Assembly: GCA_964346655.1 (NCBI GenBank)
Contig: CAYFVP010000141.1
Span: 5,362 to 69,361 of the forward strand
From: an uncultured Thermoplasmatales archaeon
GTDB taxonomy: Archaea > Thermoplasmatota > E2 > DHVEG-1
Length of the DNA: 64,000 bases
Direction of reading: 5' to 3'
The notes beneath the pieces were generated by a model that was given only the letters and a program-made list of their open reading frames with translations, was not told where the DNA came from and ran no database searches. Numbering within the stretch: position 1 is the first letter of the stretch; every line of letters begins with the position of its first letter. The position numbers and the translations under genes were made by a program. Shown in pieces: positions 11,101-18,569 of the stretch.

Positions 11101-11602
11101 TGATAAAGCCCAATATCCTGATATTAGAATTTATAATCAGGAAAAATATAACGGTGGAAATGGCGGTAAAGGAGTAGAACCTTATTATACAAATTCTACA
11201 CAGTTACCTGTTGGTTATACAAGTGATGTTTTTGAAGCTTTAGATTTGCAAGACTCCCTACAATCAAAATATACCGGTGGAACCGTTTTGCATATCTTCC
11301 TTGGAGAAGAACCCTCTTTTGGTGCTGTTAGAAAGCTGGTACGTAAGATTGCAGAGAATTATCATTTACCATATTATACTCTAACTCCAACCTTTAGCGT
11401 ATGTCCAAATCACGGATATATTGCCGGTAAACATAAAACATGTCCTATTTGTGTTAGGGATAAAATAATTACAGCATGTGAGGTATATTCTCGAGTTGTA
11501 GGTTATTTAAGGCCTGTAAATCAATGGAACAAAGGCAAACAGCAGGAATTTTCAGATCGTAAAACATTTGATATGATGGAAAAAGTTATGGTTAAGAAAT
11601 GA
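5129..11602 (+). CDS. nrdD: anaerobic ribonucleoside-triphosphate reductase NrdD (class III, glycyl-radical enzyme) interrupted by three inteins
   Basis: Extein motifs ATENI...NGQFHIHDL, CVGWDL, PFSNITLDL, CCRLRLD, NLEATPAEG/TSYRIAR, YYTNSTQLP, and the C-terminal CPICV zinc site with the glycyl-radical region RVVGYLRPVNQWNKGKQQE. 2157 aa in total against about 716 aa of extein. Confidence 0.9.
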   Translation: MIRKIKKRDGKITDFNPIKITEAIWKAAQAVGGKDYKKSTELTDKVLIRLEKELKKGEIPTVEQVQNVVEKTLIEEGHARTAKAYILYRKQHQDIREIGGLLKDIDVVDGYLSMMDWKVQENSNMAYSLQGLNVYATENIISHYWLNKIYPPEIGEAHTNGQFHIHDLGTLGAYTYFGKETIIAKVDGKILITSFEDLYKNTNSKENLISEKDDAWARYPKEIEVLDKDGWTKVLRVVKKAKRIQMHFIKNEGGRSVIVTEDHPMVLGDEIFKEAKDIIPEEDKLLTVDIQELLKNENLFYKKYLYLADELYKKDILDFFIEGMPLEEYQKFSNDLQINGIISTSNNADCLPNKIELTENLGYLVGFYLAEGYMELHRIGITQKDTVENKKIIEKFKKGANELGCRIYSMKENDLLRLRIVNSTLVNFLFKEIFNLTGKCKEKHLPNEILTYNQDFIKGVIAGLLDGDGSVNSSKTSLELRTASRTMLEQLAVVMNIFGYTIRDRNLEGVGSTRYLNGRLITQNYPLYGISFRKIDCCLNSIKYASAQTSSRAWRAEGAGWHKVLNNEKTDIMDDYIYDITTESNTLIVNGMWNHNCVGWDLKDILLLGFKGVAGKIESKPAKHFGTALMQIVNYLYTLQGEAAGAQALSNFDSLLAPFIRYDGLKYGDVKQEMQKFLFNMNVPTRVGFQSLAHDEPIIYRKDGKIKVELIGKLIEEKFGENRKSIINNVDGYGNPSKDSFAVIPNNKFEVMSFNKKGEIQWSPIKALIKHRVITNGFKKIRTGSGVLKVSPAHSLFRSNSNHIKPVMAKELECAKPNSTLNGNNHILAVNKLKQNILGNNDRIDLFDLIEEIPEKIKKRIFIQAKDVPSIKQKIGNLYGSLKEFLYKNGRSDKSTLYEGFRNNIVTFETYIKYSDELRSDAKIYIKPYNENLYDRYLSGEKLKNFVKLVAWFITEGKASHSGIVISQRKSKSKEILEVAKALGIKATIEETRGYSNKNHSKTNTIISNMKMSGLYTYLLPYIGGATSKEKTIPSFIFDLNPNYRNIFLETLFKGDGYNDKKSRRITYSSMSDKLLTGISMLSIVNGWRVRVVPKNKDRAGTLLIYKNPRKKLEIIIEETAGVPVYEINDYKNGSKWEYDISVDINGCEENFVGGTGLVFYHNSPFSNITLDLTIPSYLTDEPAIIGGELKNENYSDFVDEMEMINYAFAEVMHEGDAKGRPMTFPIPTYNITKDFDWDNEGLEPIWKMTAKYGIPYFSNFINSDMNPDDARSMCCRLRLDNRELRKRGGGLFGANPKTGSVGVVTINMPQIGYLAKDDNDFFERLDKLMDLAKQSLIIKREIIENFTFSGLHPYSRFYLSDVKKTFKEYWKNHFSTIGLIGMNDALLNFMNKSIGDKEGKAFAEKVLDHMRDKIADFQEETGDIFNLEATPAEGSLAPDERVIISQSDPRFSAIGPLIDYYLESNKNDIYMVGTSEVLKIPYGKLFTYGFSRRTQKIKKYPVTALVRHFGKSMYEITTRSGRKVRVTGQHSVFSLNSEGSPEEIYVRDLDIGTPIAIPKYIEMESRYKEFNLFELFKNSSFKNQLYGKFPSTFIEHLLKESRIERWCNQNYKSKWKDVKYMWRKRGVIPLKLIYDLDIKIQKNVLKNSKLFYRSSKNTNPIKVLIPVNEDLGFIIGCLLSEGWLTKRCEFTNTDKDLVDQFLKSVEKIFGPSSAHIANQNRKEPRKTLYSVTLSKSIGFFFKEICFQGKSKVKEIPNFIYSSSLKCITGLLRGYYLGDGSFYKNKDKRDYSIWLYTNSKELSEGLNLLLLRSGILTKIGVDKKTNYNSKWNDNYVISITGADNLSTFFKKILKKDFSTDNAHSGREILPNIPKILKQLMQKYNIKPSDINIHKDSFNRNIRINRISIQYLRKIIEKLSIYVEEKDETFEKLRTMINSDIYWDEIKEIKKLKPTKYVYDFEVDIKDDLVNNFLGGSGLVCLHNTSYRIARIDKAQYPDIRIYNQEKYNGGNGGKGVEPYYTNSTQLPVGYTSDVFEALDLQDSLQSKYTGGTVLHIFLGEEPSFGAVRKLVRKIAENYHLPYYTLTPTFSVCPNHGYIAGKHKTCPICVRDKIITACEVYSRVVGYLRPVNQWNKGKQQEFSDRKTFDMMEKVMVKK
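5654..6916 (+). mobile_element. NrdD intein 1 (about 421 aa) with LAGLIDADG homing endonuclease domain
   Basis: Block B TEDH, LAGLIDADG motifs LGYLVGFYLAEGY and IKGVIAGLLDGDGSV, C-terminal NGMWNHN followed by the +1 Cys of CVGWDL. The N-terminal boundary is uncertain by 2 aa and has no Cys/Ser at position 1. Confidence 0.75.
7199..8617 (+). mobile_element. NrdD intein 2 (473 aa) with LAGLIDADG homing endonuclease domain
   Basis: Starts SLAHDEPII (Ser1 block A), block B SPAH, LAGLIDADG-like LVAWFITEGKA and FLETLFKGDGY, ends GGTGLVFYHN with +1 Ser (SPFSNITLD). Inserted in the conserved TRVGFQ/SPF site. Confidence 0.8.
9434..11077 (+). mobile_element. NrdD intein 3 (548 aa) with LAGLIDADG homing endonuclease domain
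   Basis: Starts SLAPDERVI right after TPAEG, block B TGQH, LAGLIDADG motifs LGFIIGCLLSEGW and ITGLLRGYYLGDGSF, ends GGSGLVCLHN with +1 Thr (TSYRIAR). Confidence 0.8.
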
Positions 11603-12291
11603 ACATAGGTGGTCTTCAAAAAACATCACTTTTGGATTACCCTGATACAATTAGTGCAATAATTTGGACAGTTGGATGTAATTTCCGTTGTCCTTTTTGT
11701 TATAACAAAGACCTTGTTTTAGGTAATGTTGAAAATATTTCCGAAAAAGATATTTTCTCATTTCTTGAAAAAAGAAAAGGCTTGCTTGAAGGATTGGTAA
11801 TTTCCGGTGGAGAACCACTTATGCAAAAGGACATTGTCCAGTTTATAGAAAAAGTGAAAAAACTTGGTTATAAAATAAAAATTGACACAAACGGAATGTA
11901 TCCAGAAAAACTCAAAGAGCTTATTGATAAAAAACTTGTTGATTACATTGCTATGGATATTAAGGCACCTATTGATAAATATGACCAATTGTCTGGAATA
12001 AAAACAGATATAAAAAAGATTGAAAAATCAATTGAAATAATTCGTAATTCTTCTGTTGATTACGAGTTTAAAACAACTTTTGTTCCTAGTCTTTTAACAA
12101 AGGAAGATATCCTTAGTATCGGAAAATTGCTTAAAGGATCTAAAAAATACTATCTTCAACAGTTCAAAGGTGATGTTCCTCTTATTTCTTCTAAACTTGA
12201 AAATGCCAATCCATATTCAAAAGATGATTTATTTGATACTTTAGAAAAGATTAAACCTTATTTTAAATTCTGTGATATTAGAGGTATATGA
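11599..12291 (+). CDS. nrdG: anaerobic ribonucleotide reductase activating protein (radical SAM)
   Basis: GCNFRCPFCYN CxxxCxxC cluster motif and GGEPLMQ; ATGA overlap with the nrdD stop. Confidence 0.85.
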   Translation: MNIGGLQKTSLLDYPDTISAIIWTVGCNFRCPFCYNKDLVLGNVENISEKDIFSFLEKRKGLLEGLVISGGEPLMQKDIVQFIEKVKKLGYKIKIDTNGMYPEKLKELIDKKLVDYIAMDIKAPIDKYDQLSGIKTDIKKIEKSIEIIRNSSVDYEFKTTFVPSLLTKEDILSIGKLLKGSKKYYLQQFKGDVPLISSKLENANPYSKDDLFDTLEKIKPYFKFCDIRGI

Positions 12292-12725
12292 CAGTTTTAA
12301 GTGAAGAAATTCTTAAGGATCTTGAACTTGCAAGAAATGTGATTGCAACCGAAGATATTTCTGTAGTTGTTGTCAAATATGGAAAAATATGGAAGAAGAA
12401 AAAAGGGGATGGAGTGCGATCAATTCTAGAAACAATTATTGAGATGGGTAAAGATATTAACGGGTCAGTTATTGGAAAAAAAATTCTTGGAAAGGCATCA
12501 GCTCTTCTTTGCAGATATGCAAAGGTATCTGGTGTTTACTCTCCTCAAGGAACAAAAACCGCTATTGCTCTCTTAATCATGGGGGGAGTTCCCTGCCGGG
12601 TTGATAAGATGATTCCCTTTATTGAAAATAATGACAGTTCAGGCCTTTATATTTTTGAAAAAATGCTAAAAGAGATTAATTCACCAAATGAGGCATACGC
12701 AATTTTAAAAGAAAAACTTCTATAA
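12288..12725 (+). CDS. hypothetical protein (145 aa, possibly DUF1893/TM1506-like), translationally coupled to nrdG
   Basis: 4-nt overlap with the nrdG stop; no CxxC motif; the family assignment is from memory only. Confidence 0.4.
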   Translation: MTVLSEEILKDLELARNVIATEDISVVVVKYGKIWKKKKGDGVRSILETIIEMGKDINGSVIGKKILGKASALLCRYAKVSGVYSPQGTKTAIALLIMGGVPCRVDKMIPFIENNDSSGLYIFEKMLKEINSPNEAYAILKEKLL

Positions 12726-12751
12726 TAAAAAAATAAATATTAGCAATTTGA

Positions 12752-13684
12752 TTGGGATTGTCTATGGATTATGAACTGGCAATAATTGGTGCAGGACCTG
12801 CAGGTTACACAGCAGCAATATATGCAGTAAGGGCTGGAATTAAACCTATTGTTTTTGATAAAATAGGGGGTGGTGGTCTTGCAAATGTTTCTCCAAAGAT
12901 TGAAAACTATCCAGGTTTTGAAGAAATTACTGGAATGGATCTTATGGAAAAAATGCAGAAGCATACCTTGAAATACACTGATATACATTTTATTGAAGAA
13001 GTAAAAAAAATAGTGAAAAAAGGAAGTAATTTTACAATTGAAACGACAAATGAAAAATATTTAGTAAAAGCAGTTATCCTTTGTATGGGGACAGAGTATC
13101 GAAAACTTGGAATTTCTGGAGAAAAAGAGCTACAGGGAAAGGGAGTATCATATTGTGCAACTTGTGATGGTTATTTTTTTAAAGGAAAAAAAGTAGCAGT
13201 AATTGGAGGGGGTAATACTGCAGTAATTGAATCAATTTATTTGAAACAAATAGGTTGTAAAGAAGTAAACCTAATACATAGAAGAAATCAACTAAGAGCT
13301 GAAAAGGCTTATCAAGATGAAGCAATTCAAAAGGACATTAATATTATCTTTGATACACATGTTGAGAAAATTTTTGGTAAAGAAAAAATTGAATTTTTAG
13401 AGCTTCATAATGTAAAAACAGATAAAATTTCTAAACTTTTTGTTGATGGTGTATTTGTTTCCATTGGTGAAGAGCCACAAAATGCTCTTGCAAAAGAACT
13501 TGGTTGTAAACTTGATAAAAAAGGTTATGTGATAGTTGATAAAGAGCAAAGAACAAATATTAAAGGCGTTTATGCCGCAGGGGACATTACTGGTGGTTTA
13601 AGGCAGGTAATTACTGCATGTGCAGAAGGTGCAATTGCGGCTCTTTCTTCAACAGAGGTTTTAGGAAAAAAATATCCCTATTAA
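12752..13684 (+). CDS. trxB: thioredoxin-disulfide reductase
   Basis: AIIGAGPAGYTAAIYA FAD motif, CATCDG redox-active disulfide, GGGNTA NADPH motif. The likely true start is Met5 at 12764. Confidence 0.85.
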   Translation: MGLSMDYELAIIGAGPAGYTAAIYAVRAGIKPIVFDKIGGGGLANVSPKIENYPGFEEITGMDLMEKMQKHTLKYTDIHFIEEVKKIVKKGSNFTIETTNEKYLVKAVILCMGTEYRKLGISGEKELQGKGVSYCATCDGYFFKGKKVAVIGGGNTAVIESIYLKQIGCKEVNLIHRRNQLRAEKAYQDEAIQKDINIIFDTHVEKIFGKEKIEFLELHNVKTDKISKLFVDGVFVSIGEEPQNALAKELGCKLDKKGYVIVDKEQRTNIKGVYAAGDITGGLRQVITACAEGAIAALSSTEVLGKKYPY

Positions 13685-13703
13685 AACAGGTTTTTTTTTA
13701 TTA
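13685..13703 (+). terminator. oligo-T tract between convergent trxB and the GNAT gene
   Basis: ggttttttttta, a T9 run immediately after the trxB stop. Archaeal termination uses oligo-T. Confidence 0.35.
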
Positions 13704-13719
13704 AATAATCTATTAATTT

Positions 13720-14187
13720 TTATAATATTAATTCCATTCTATATTCTCTTTTATCTTTACTTTCACCAAAGATAGTAAATCCAAATTTTTTGTACAATCT
13801 TTGAGCAGGATAATTTTCTTTATATGTTTTTAAAATCACCTTTTTATATCCTAAATGCCTTGCTTGGTTTATTGTCCAATTCATAAGAATTGTACCATAA
13901 CCTTTTCTTGTAAATCCTCTTTTTATTACTAAACCAAGACTTGGTATTTTATATCCAAATAAACGTAGAAAAGAATATCCAATTATCTGTTTATTTAGTA
14001 TCATGACAAAATAATGATCGTCTTGGGATTTGCATATACTATTAATAGTTTCAAAATTAAAAGGATGAGGATGAAAAAAGTTTTTAGTTTCGCTATCGAG
14101 ATCATTTAACAAATTAAAAATTTCTTTTGCATCTTTTTCTTTAACTTCTCTAATTATAGGTGAAAATTCTTGTTTATTCTTGTTCAT
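13720..14187 (-). CDS. GNAT family N-acetyltransferase
   Basis: 155 aa; the RGFTRKGYGTILM acetyl-CoA-binding segment is typical of GNAT. Confidence 0.7.
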   Translation of the reverse strand: MNKNKQEFSPIIREVKEKDAKEIFNLLNDLDSETKNFFHPHPFNFETINSICKSQDDHYFVMILNKQIIGYSFLRLFGYKIPSLGLVIKRGFTRKGYGTILMNWTINQARHLGYKKVILKTYKENYPAQRLYKKFGFTIFGESKDKREYRMELIL

Positions 14188-15118
14188 TTAAAAACCTTAT
14201 TATTATAATAAAATTCTTTTGGTTCAATAAATTCAAATGCCTTCATCATTTCCTTTATTCCAAAATCAAGATCATAATTTATTTTAAAACCAAAAGATTT
14301 AATTTTTTTAAATGAAACTTTATAATTTCTTTGATCAGGATCTGTTCCAAATTCAGCAAATTTAAGATAATAATCAACATAATCCTTGATTTTTTGGGCA
14401 ACATCTTCTTTAGTTAGACAAAGTTTTTCTGATCCAACATTGTAAATTTCGTTTTTCATCTTTTCAAAATTTTCTATAGCAAAAAAAGGCTTCTAACCAT
14501 ATCTTTTACATGTATAAATGATCTCCAGTAGTCTTTCTCATAAACAATTAGTTCTTTATTTTTCATAGCACGGTATAAAAAATCATTAACAAGTAAATCT
14601 AATCTTATTCTAGGGGATAAACCAAAACCAGTTGAAAAACGATAGATGATATAATTGTTTGCTTTCTGTATTTCCTTTTCAGCTTCAACTTTTGTTTGTC
14701 CATATATTGTTAATGGATTAAGTAGTGTTTTTTCGGTGCAAATCCCTGGAATTTGACCATAGTTACTGCCTGATGAAGTAAAGATAATTGGGACTTTACA
14801 ATGTTTTACTAAATTCTTTGTCCCAAGATAATTAATATCATGCGCAAGGTCAGGTTTGGCTTTACACGCAGGATAGCCAACAATTGCTGCTAGATGAATA
14901 ACAAAATCAACATCTTTTAGTGAATCTTTCAGAACAATTGAATTTCGAATATCTCCAAAGAAAAATTCAAAATTTTGGTTACTAAAATTAGCAATAATAC
15001 CATTGTATCCATAGGTTAAATTATCTAATACTCTTACTTTGTGTTTTTTCAAAAGTTCAGGAACTAAAACACTTCCGATGTAACCTGCTCCACCTGTTAC
15101 TAATATTTTTATAAAATA
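14184..15118 (-). pseudogene. NAD-dependent epimerase/dehydratase gene, frameshifted and without a canonical start
   Basis: The N-terminal part (14474..15052, GGAGYIGS Rossmann motif just upstream) and the C-terminal part (14184..14459) are in different frames. They would be joined by adding one T at the T7 run, which is A7 on the plus strand at 14481-14487. No ATG, GTG or TTG lies between the upstream MscS stop and the GxGxxG motif. Confidence 0.55.
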
Positions 15119-15823
15119 TCACCTCATGAAATTATTAATTTTATTGATTATGTAATCCTGTTGTTCAAGGGACAATATATGATGAATGGGAAGGGATAGT
15201 ACTTTTTTTGATACCTCTTCTGCTTTTTCTAAGTTACTTTCATATGTTATTGCAGTTGTAACTTCATCTAAAATATAATCATCTCTATGGGTATAGTTAA
15301 TTATTTCTTCTTCAAAAATTATAGAAATCGGTAACATAACAGTTCTACCTGATTTTTCTTCTCCAACTATAGTTCCTCCGACCTCATCTAGAAAAATATG
15401 TGTAAGTGTAATATTGGTAATATCTCCTTTAATATCAGATATAATTACTCTATCTCCAATATGTATTGGTCTTCTAATTGTAAGTATTAACCAAGCAACT
15501 ACACCGCTAATAGGTTTCTGTAATGCCCAGCCAAGTGCAACAGTTAATAGTCCTGCGATAAAACCGAAATCACTCCATCTACCATAATATGAAGAAAATA
15601 CAATTATTAATAAAAAAATGACAAACAAAAATTTTAGTAAGTCAATAAAGGTAGAAACATTTGATACTTGCTTCTTTGTTTTTACTCTTTTTAACAAACT
15701 CTTTTTAATTAATTTTAAAATTAAACTAAAAATAATAAATGCTACAATTATTATTAGTATAATTTGTAAGATGTTCATATATGGTTCTAAATATTGATAA
15801 ATACTTGACCAAATATTAGCCAT
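15119..15823 (-). CDS. small-conductance mechanosensitive channel (MscS family)
   Basis: N-terminal TM helices followed by the MscS beta domain (PIHIGDRVIISDIKGDITNITL...). Confidence 0.7.
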   Translation of the reverse strand: MANIWSSIYQYLEPYMNILQIILIIIVAFIIFSLILKLIKKSLLKRVKTKKQVSNVSTFIDLLKFLFVIFLLIIVFSSYYGRWSDFGFIAGLLTVALGWALQKPISGVVAWLILTIRRPIHIGDRVIISDIKGDITNITLTHIFLDEVGGTIVGEEKSGRTVMLPISIIFEEEIINYTHRDDYILDEVTTAITYESNLEKAEEVSKKVLSLPIHHILSLEQQDYIINKINNFMR

Positions 15824-16083
15824 ATAATCAAATATAATTAATAATTATGTACTTAATTATTTTTCATAAGCCTTTTTTTCTTTTAAACATAAAAACAGAA
15901 TAATTCTGAAAAAAACTTTACAAATATCACATCATGATGTCCTTATTTCAATTGATCTGCACTTTTTATATTTCATATTGAGATGATAGATTAAATAAAT
16001 GATTTCTAAAAAATGAATAAAGACTTTAAAATATCAAAAAGTTTAAGATTAGATTGATGCAGGTATTTTCTAAGAAAGCATCA

Positions 16084-16497
16084 TTATTTTAATTCAAATT
16101 TTATTTGTTTGTTTTTGTAATTTGTTTTTATTTTATCTTCGCGTGCAAGCCATCCAAGAGCTGAATAGACATCTTGTATTTTTACCTGTGTTATTTTTGC
16201 AATTGATGATATATCAACATCACCTTTTGATTCAAGTGTTCTCCAAACTTTCCCAGCGTTTTCACCTATTTTATCTGTTAAATTTGTTTCTCCAAGTGTA
16301 TAAAATAGGTTATCCCTATAAATTTTGTTTTCTCTTGCAAGCCATCCAATTCCTACATAAAAATCGTTTATGGTTAGTTTTGTATTTTTTAATAAAGAAG
16401 TTTGATTTTGTGGGCCAAACATATTTAGTGCCACCCAAATCTTTCCTGCATTTCTACCATATTCATTTATTTTATCTTTCATTAAACCCACCTTCAA
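16084..16497 (-). CDS. hypothetical protein with two tandem repeats of about 60 aa (winged-helix-like)
   Basis: Internal duplication NAGKIWVAL...IGWLARENKI / NAGKVWRTL...LGWLAREDKI. Confidence 0.45.
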   Translation of the reverse strand: MKVGLMKDKINEYGRNAGKIWVALNMFGPQNQTSLLKNTKLTINDFYVGIGWLARENKIYRDNLFYTLGETNLTDKIGENAGKVWRTLESKGDVDISSIAKITQVKIQDVYSALGWLAREDKIKTNYKNKQIKFELK

Positions 16498-16553
16498 TTA
16501 CCCAGTATCTATGAGTTAATTATATAACTTTTCATATGTACGAAGTAACTTTT

Positions 16554-16796
16554 CTAATCTTTTAACCTATAACGGATTGCGTCGATGTTATGCCATGTAA
16601 AAAAATCATAAACTATAATTTCATTTGTTTCTCCAATATTTCGTTCTAGCATAATACCTAGCTTATCAATACTAATTAGTTTTCCTTCATAACTTTGAGT
16701 TTCTTCTACTTTCTTTTTAAAACCGTATCTAACTAATACTATCACATTTTTATCTATAAGGTTAGTTAATTCCATTTGTTTCATTTTTTCTAACAC
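16554..16796 (-). CDS. hypothetical small protein (80 aa), possibly Sm-like fold
   Basis: VIVLVRYG...YEGKLISIDKLGIML resembles the Sm1/Sm2 layout. Weak. Confidence 0.3.
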   Translation of the reverse strand: MLEKMKQMELTNLIDKNVIVLVRYGFKKKVEETQSYEGKLISIDKLGIMLERNIGETNEIIVYDFFTWHNIDAIRYRLKD

Positions 16797-16997
16797 CCTT
16801 TTTTATTTAATCCTTATTTTGAGATATTTATTTCATCTTTCCCAGCATAAAATCCTGCGACCTTCGATTGTTTCATATTCATGTTATTTTGATTTAGGTT
16901 AATTATTCTTGCATATACTACATATTTTTTAAAAACCACATATTCAAAATATTAATTAACCTTTTTTTATAAATAAAAAGTGAAGGTAGATTTTACA

Positions 16998-17159
16998 TTA
17001 ACCCACATCTCTCCAGGATTCATCTTGTTTATTTTCTTCATCAAATTCTTTTTCATCTTCAAATATTCCAAGTTGTTTTAATTCCTCTTCCTCAGATGTT
17101 TCTTCAGCAGATTTTTCTCCTTTTAATGATTTTGAAATTTTTTTCTTTTTCGGCGGCAT
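16998..17159 (-). CDS. small ORF (53 aa), basic N-terminus (MPPKKKK) and acidic C-terminal half; absent from the ORF track (<60 aa)
   Basis: ATG at 17157-17159, stop TAA at 16998-17000, in an otherwise gene-free 550-bp spacer. Confidence 0.3.
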   Translation of the reverse strand: MPPKKKKISKSLKGEKSAEETSEEEELKQLGIFEDEKEFDEENKQDESWRDVG

Positions 17160-17350
17160 CTTTAATCCTCCTTTTTAAATTCACTATGAAAAATTATTAT
17201 ATTTACTATGAATATCTTAATAAGGTTTGAGAGAAAAATACAAGGAAAAAATCTGATAAAATCTTGAAAAACACGGAATATCCTTAAAAATTTATTTTAT
17301 TTAATAAGAAAATATCCTTGTTAAAGAGAAAGATAATCTGAGGAAATTTA

Positions 17351-17956
17351 ATGGTTGAGTTTTTTGGCCTTATGGGATCAGAAATTTATGCATGGTTAGT
17401 ATTACCATTTCTAATATTTTTTGCACGTGTCTGTGATGTCAGTTTAGGAACAATTAGAATAATTTTTGTATCAAAGGGAATAAAATATCTAGCGCCATTG
17501 GTAGGGTTTTTTGAAATTTTGATCTGGCTTTTAGCTATTAGTCAGATAATTCAGAATCTTACGAATGTTTACTATTATATTTTTTATGCAATTGGATTTG
17601 CTATGGGTAATTTAGTTGGAATTATTATTGATGAAAAATTATCTATAGGAACTGTTGGTGTAAGGATTATTACTCGTCAAGATGCAAGAGAGTTAGTCGA
17701 TGCTTTAAAAAAATCAAATTATGGTATAACTGTAGTTGATGCGGAAGGATCAAAAGGAAAAGTAAAGATTATATTTACAGTATTAAATAGGCAAAATATT
17801 GATAAAGTAATTAAATTAGTTAAACAGTATAATCCTAAAGCATTTTATTCAATTGAGGATATAAGATATGTAAGTGAGGCTTTACCCTCTAAACTAAAAC
17901 CATGGTATAAAAGAAATCATTTTAGAGCAATAAACAATTGGCGAAAGGGAAAGTAA
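17351..17956 (+). CDS. UPF0316/DUF2179 family membrane protein
   Basis: Three N-terminal TM segments with a CDVSLGTIRIIFVSKG-type motif and a C-terminal soluble domain, as in the UPF0316 family. Confidence 0.5.
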   Translation: MVEFFGLMGSEIYAWLVLPFLIFFARVCDVSLGTIRIIFVSKGIKYLAPLVGFFEILIWLLAISQIIQNLTNVYYYIFYAIGFAMGNLVGIIIDEKLSIGTVGVRIITRQDARELVDALKKSNYGITVVDAEGSKGKVKIIFTVLNRQNIDKVIKLVKQYNPKAFYSIEDIRYVSEALPSKLKPWYKRNHFRAINNWRKGK

Positions 17957-17957
17957 C

Positions 17958-18293
17958 TTAATTTCCACCTTTCAAAGTATTATTTGCGCATTCCATACTT
18001 ATTTTAATTTCGTGGATTTTATAATCAATATCTTTTATTTTTCTAAAAGATCTAATTATTAAATATACACCCAAAATGACAAGAAGCAAACATATTATTG
18101 AAACAGGTATTATAAAATGAAGTGAAGTTGAAACGTCATATAAACCCGATGTGGCAATCAAAACAGTAAAAACTGATAATGGTAATGTAAAAATTGCAAT
18201 GGCAGTACGCAGAACTGCAAGTGAAGTACGTTTTTCAGCAAGTAATAAATTGATTGCATTATACATTTCAGATGAAACACTTTTTATTTCCAT
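17958..18293 (-). CDS. DUF202 (YidH-like) small membrane protein
   Basis: LLAEKRTSLAVLRTAIAIF matches the DUF202 N-ERT-LAW-RT signature. Confidence 0.5.
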   Translation of the reverse strand: MEIKSVSSEMYNAINLLLAEKRTSLAVLRTAIAIFTLPLSVFTVLIATSGLYDVSTSLHFIIPVSIICLLLVILGVYLIIRSFRKIKDIDYKIHEIKISMECANNTLKGGN

Positions 18294-18477
18294 ATTTTCA
18301 CCTAAAGCAGTCTTTTAATTTCTTTTTCACTCAATTTATAAAATAATTTACCTTTTTCAATAAAAGCAATTTCAATATTAGCTATTTCTATTTTTTTATT
18401 TGTTGTTTTTTTTAATGCGTCAATCCCTAATTTAAGTGCACTTTTTATCCATATCTTGCTTATAATGTTTATAAAAA

Positions 18478-18520
18478 TGTAATGATGGTAGTAGAACTTT
18501 TTTTTAATACCATCATTACA
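18478..18520. promoter_or_regulatory. perfect 13-bp inverted repeat (TGTAATGATGGTA N17 TACCATCATTACA) in a divergent promoter region
   Basis: Read directly at 18478-18490 and 18508-18520. It lies between the divergently transcribed DUF202 gene and the DUF4382 lipoprotein gene. Confidence 0.4.
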
Positions 18521-18569
18521 CCAACATAAGTTTTAAATAATAGCTTAACTATTGTTAATTTAATTTTAA

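Noticed and set aside
15824-16083. Looked for C/D-box sRNA signatures (RUGAUGA...CUGA) in the 260-bp spacer upstream of the tandem-repeat gene (acatcatgatgtcc, gagatgatag)
   Set aside because: There are C-box-like strings, but no correctly spaced D box, guide region or terminal stem. Insufficient.
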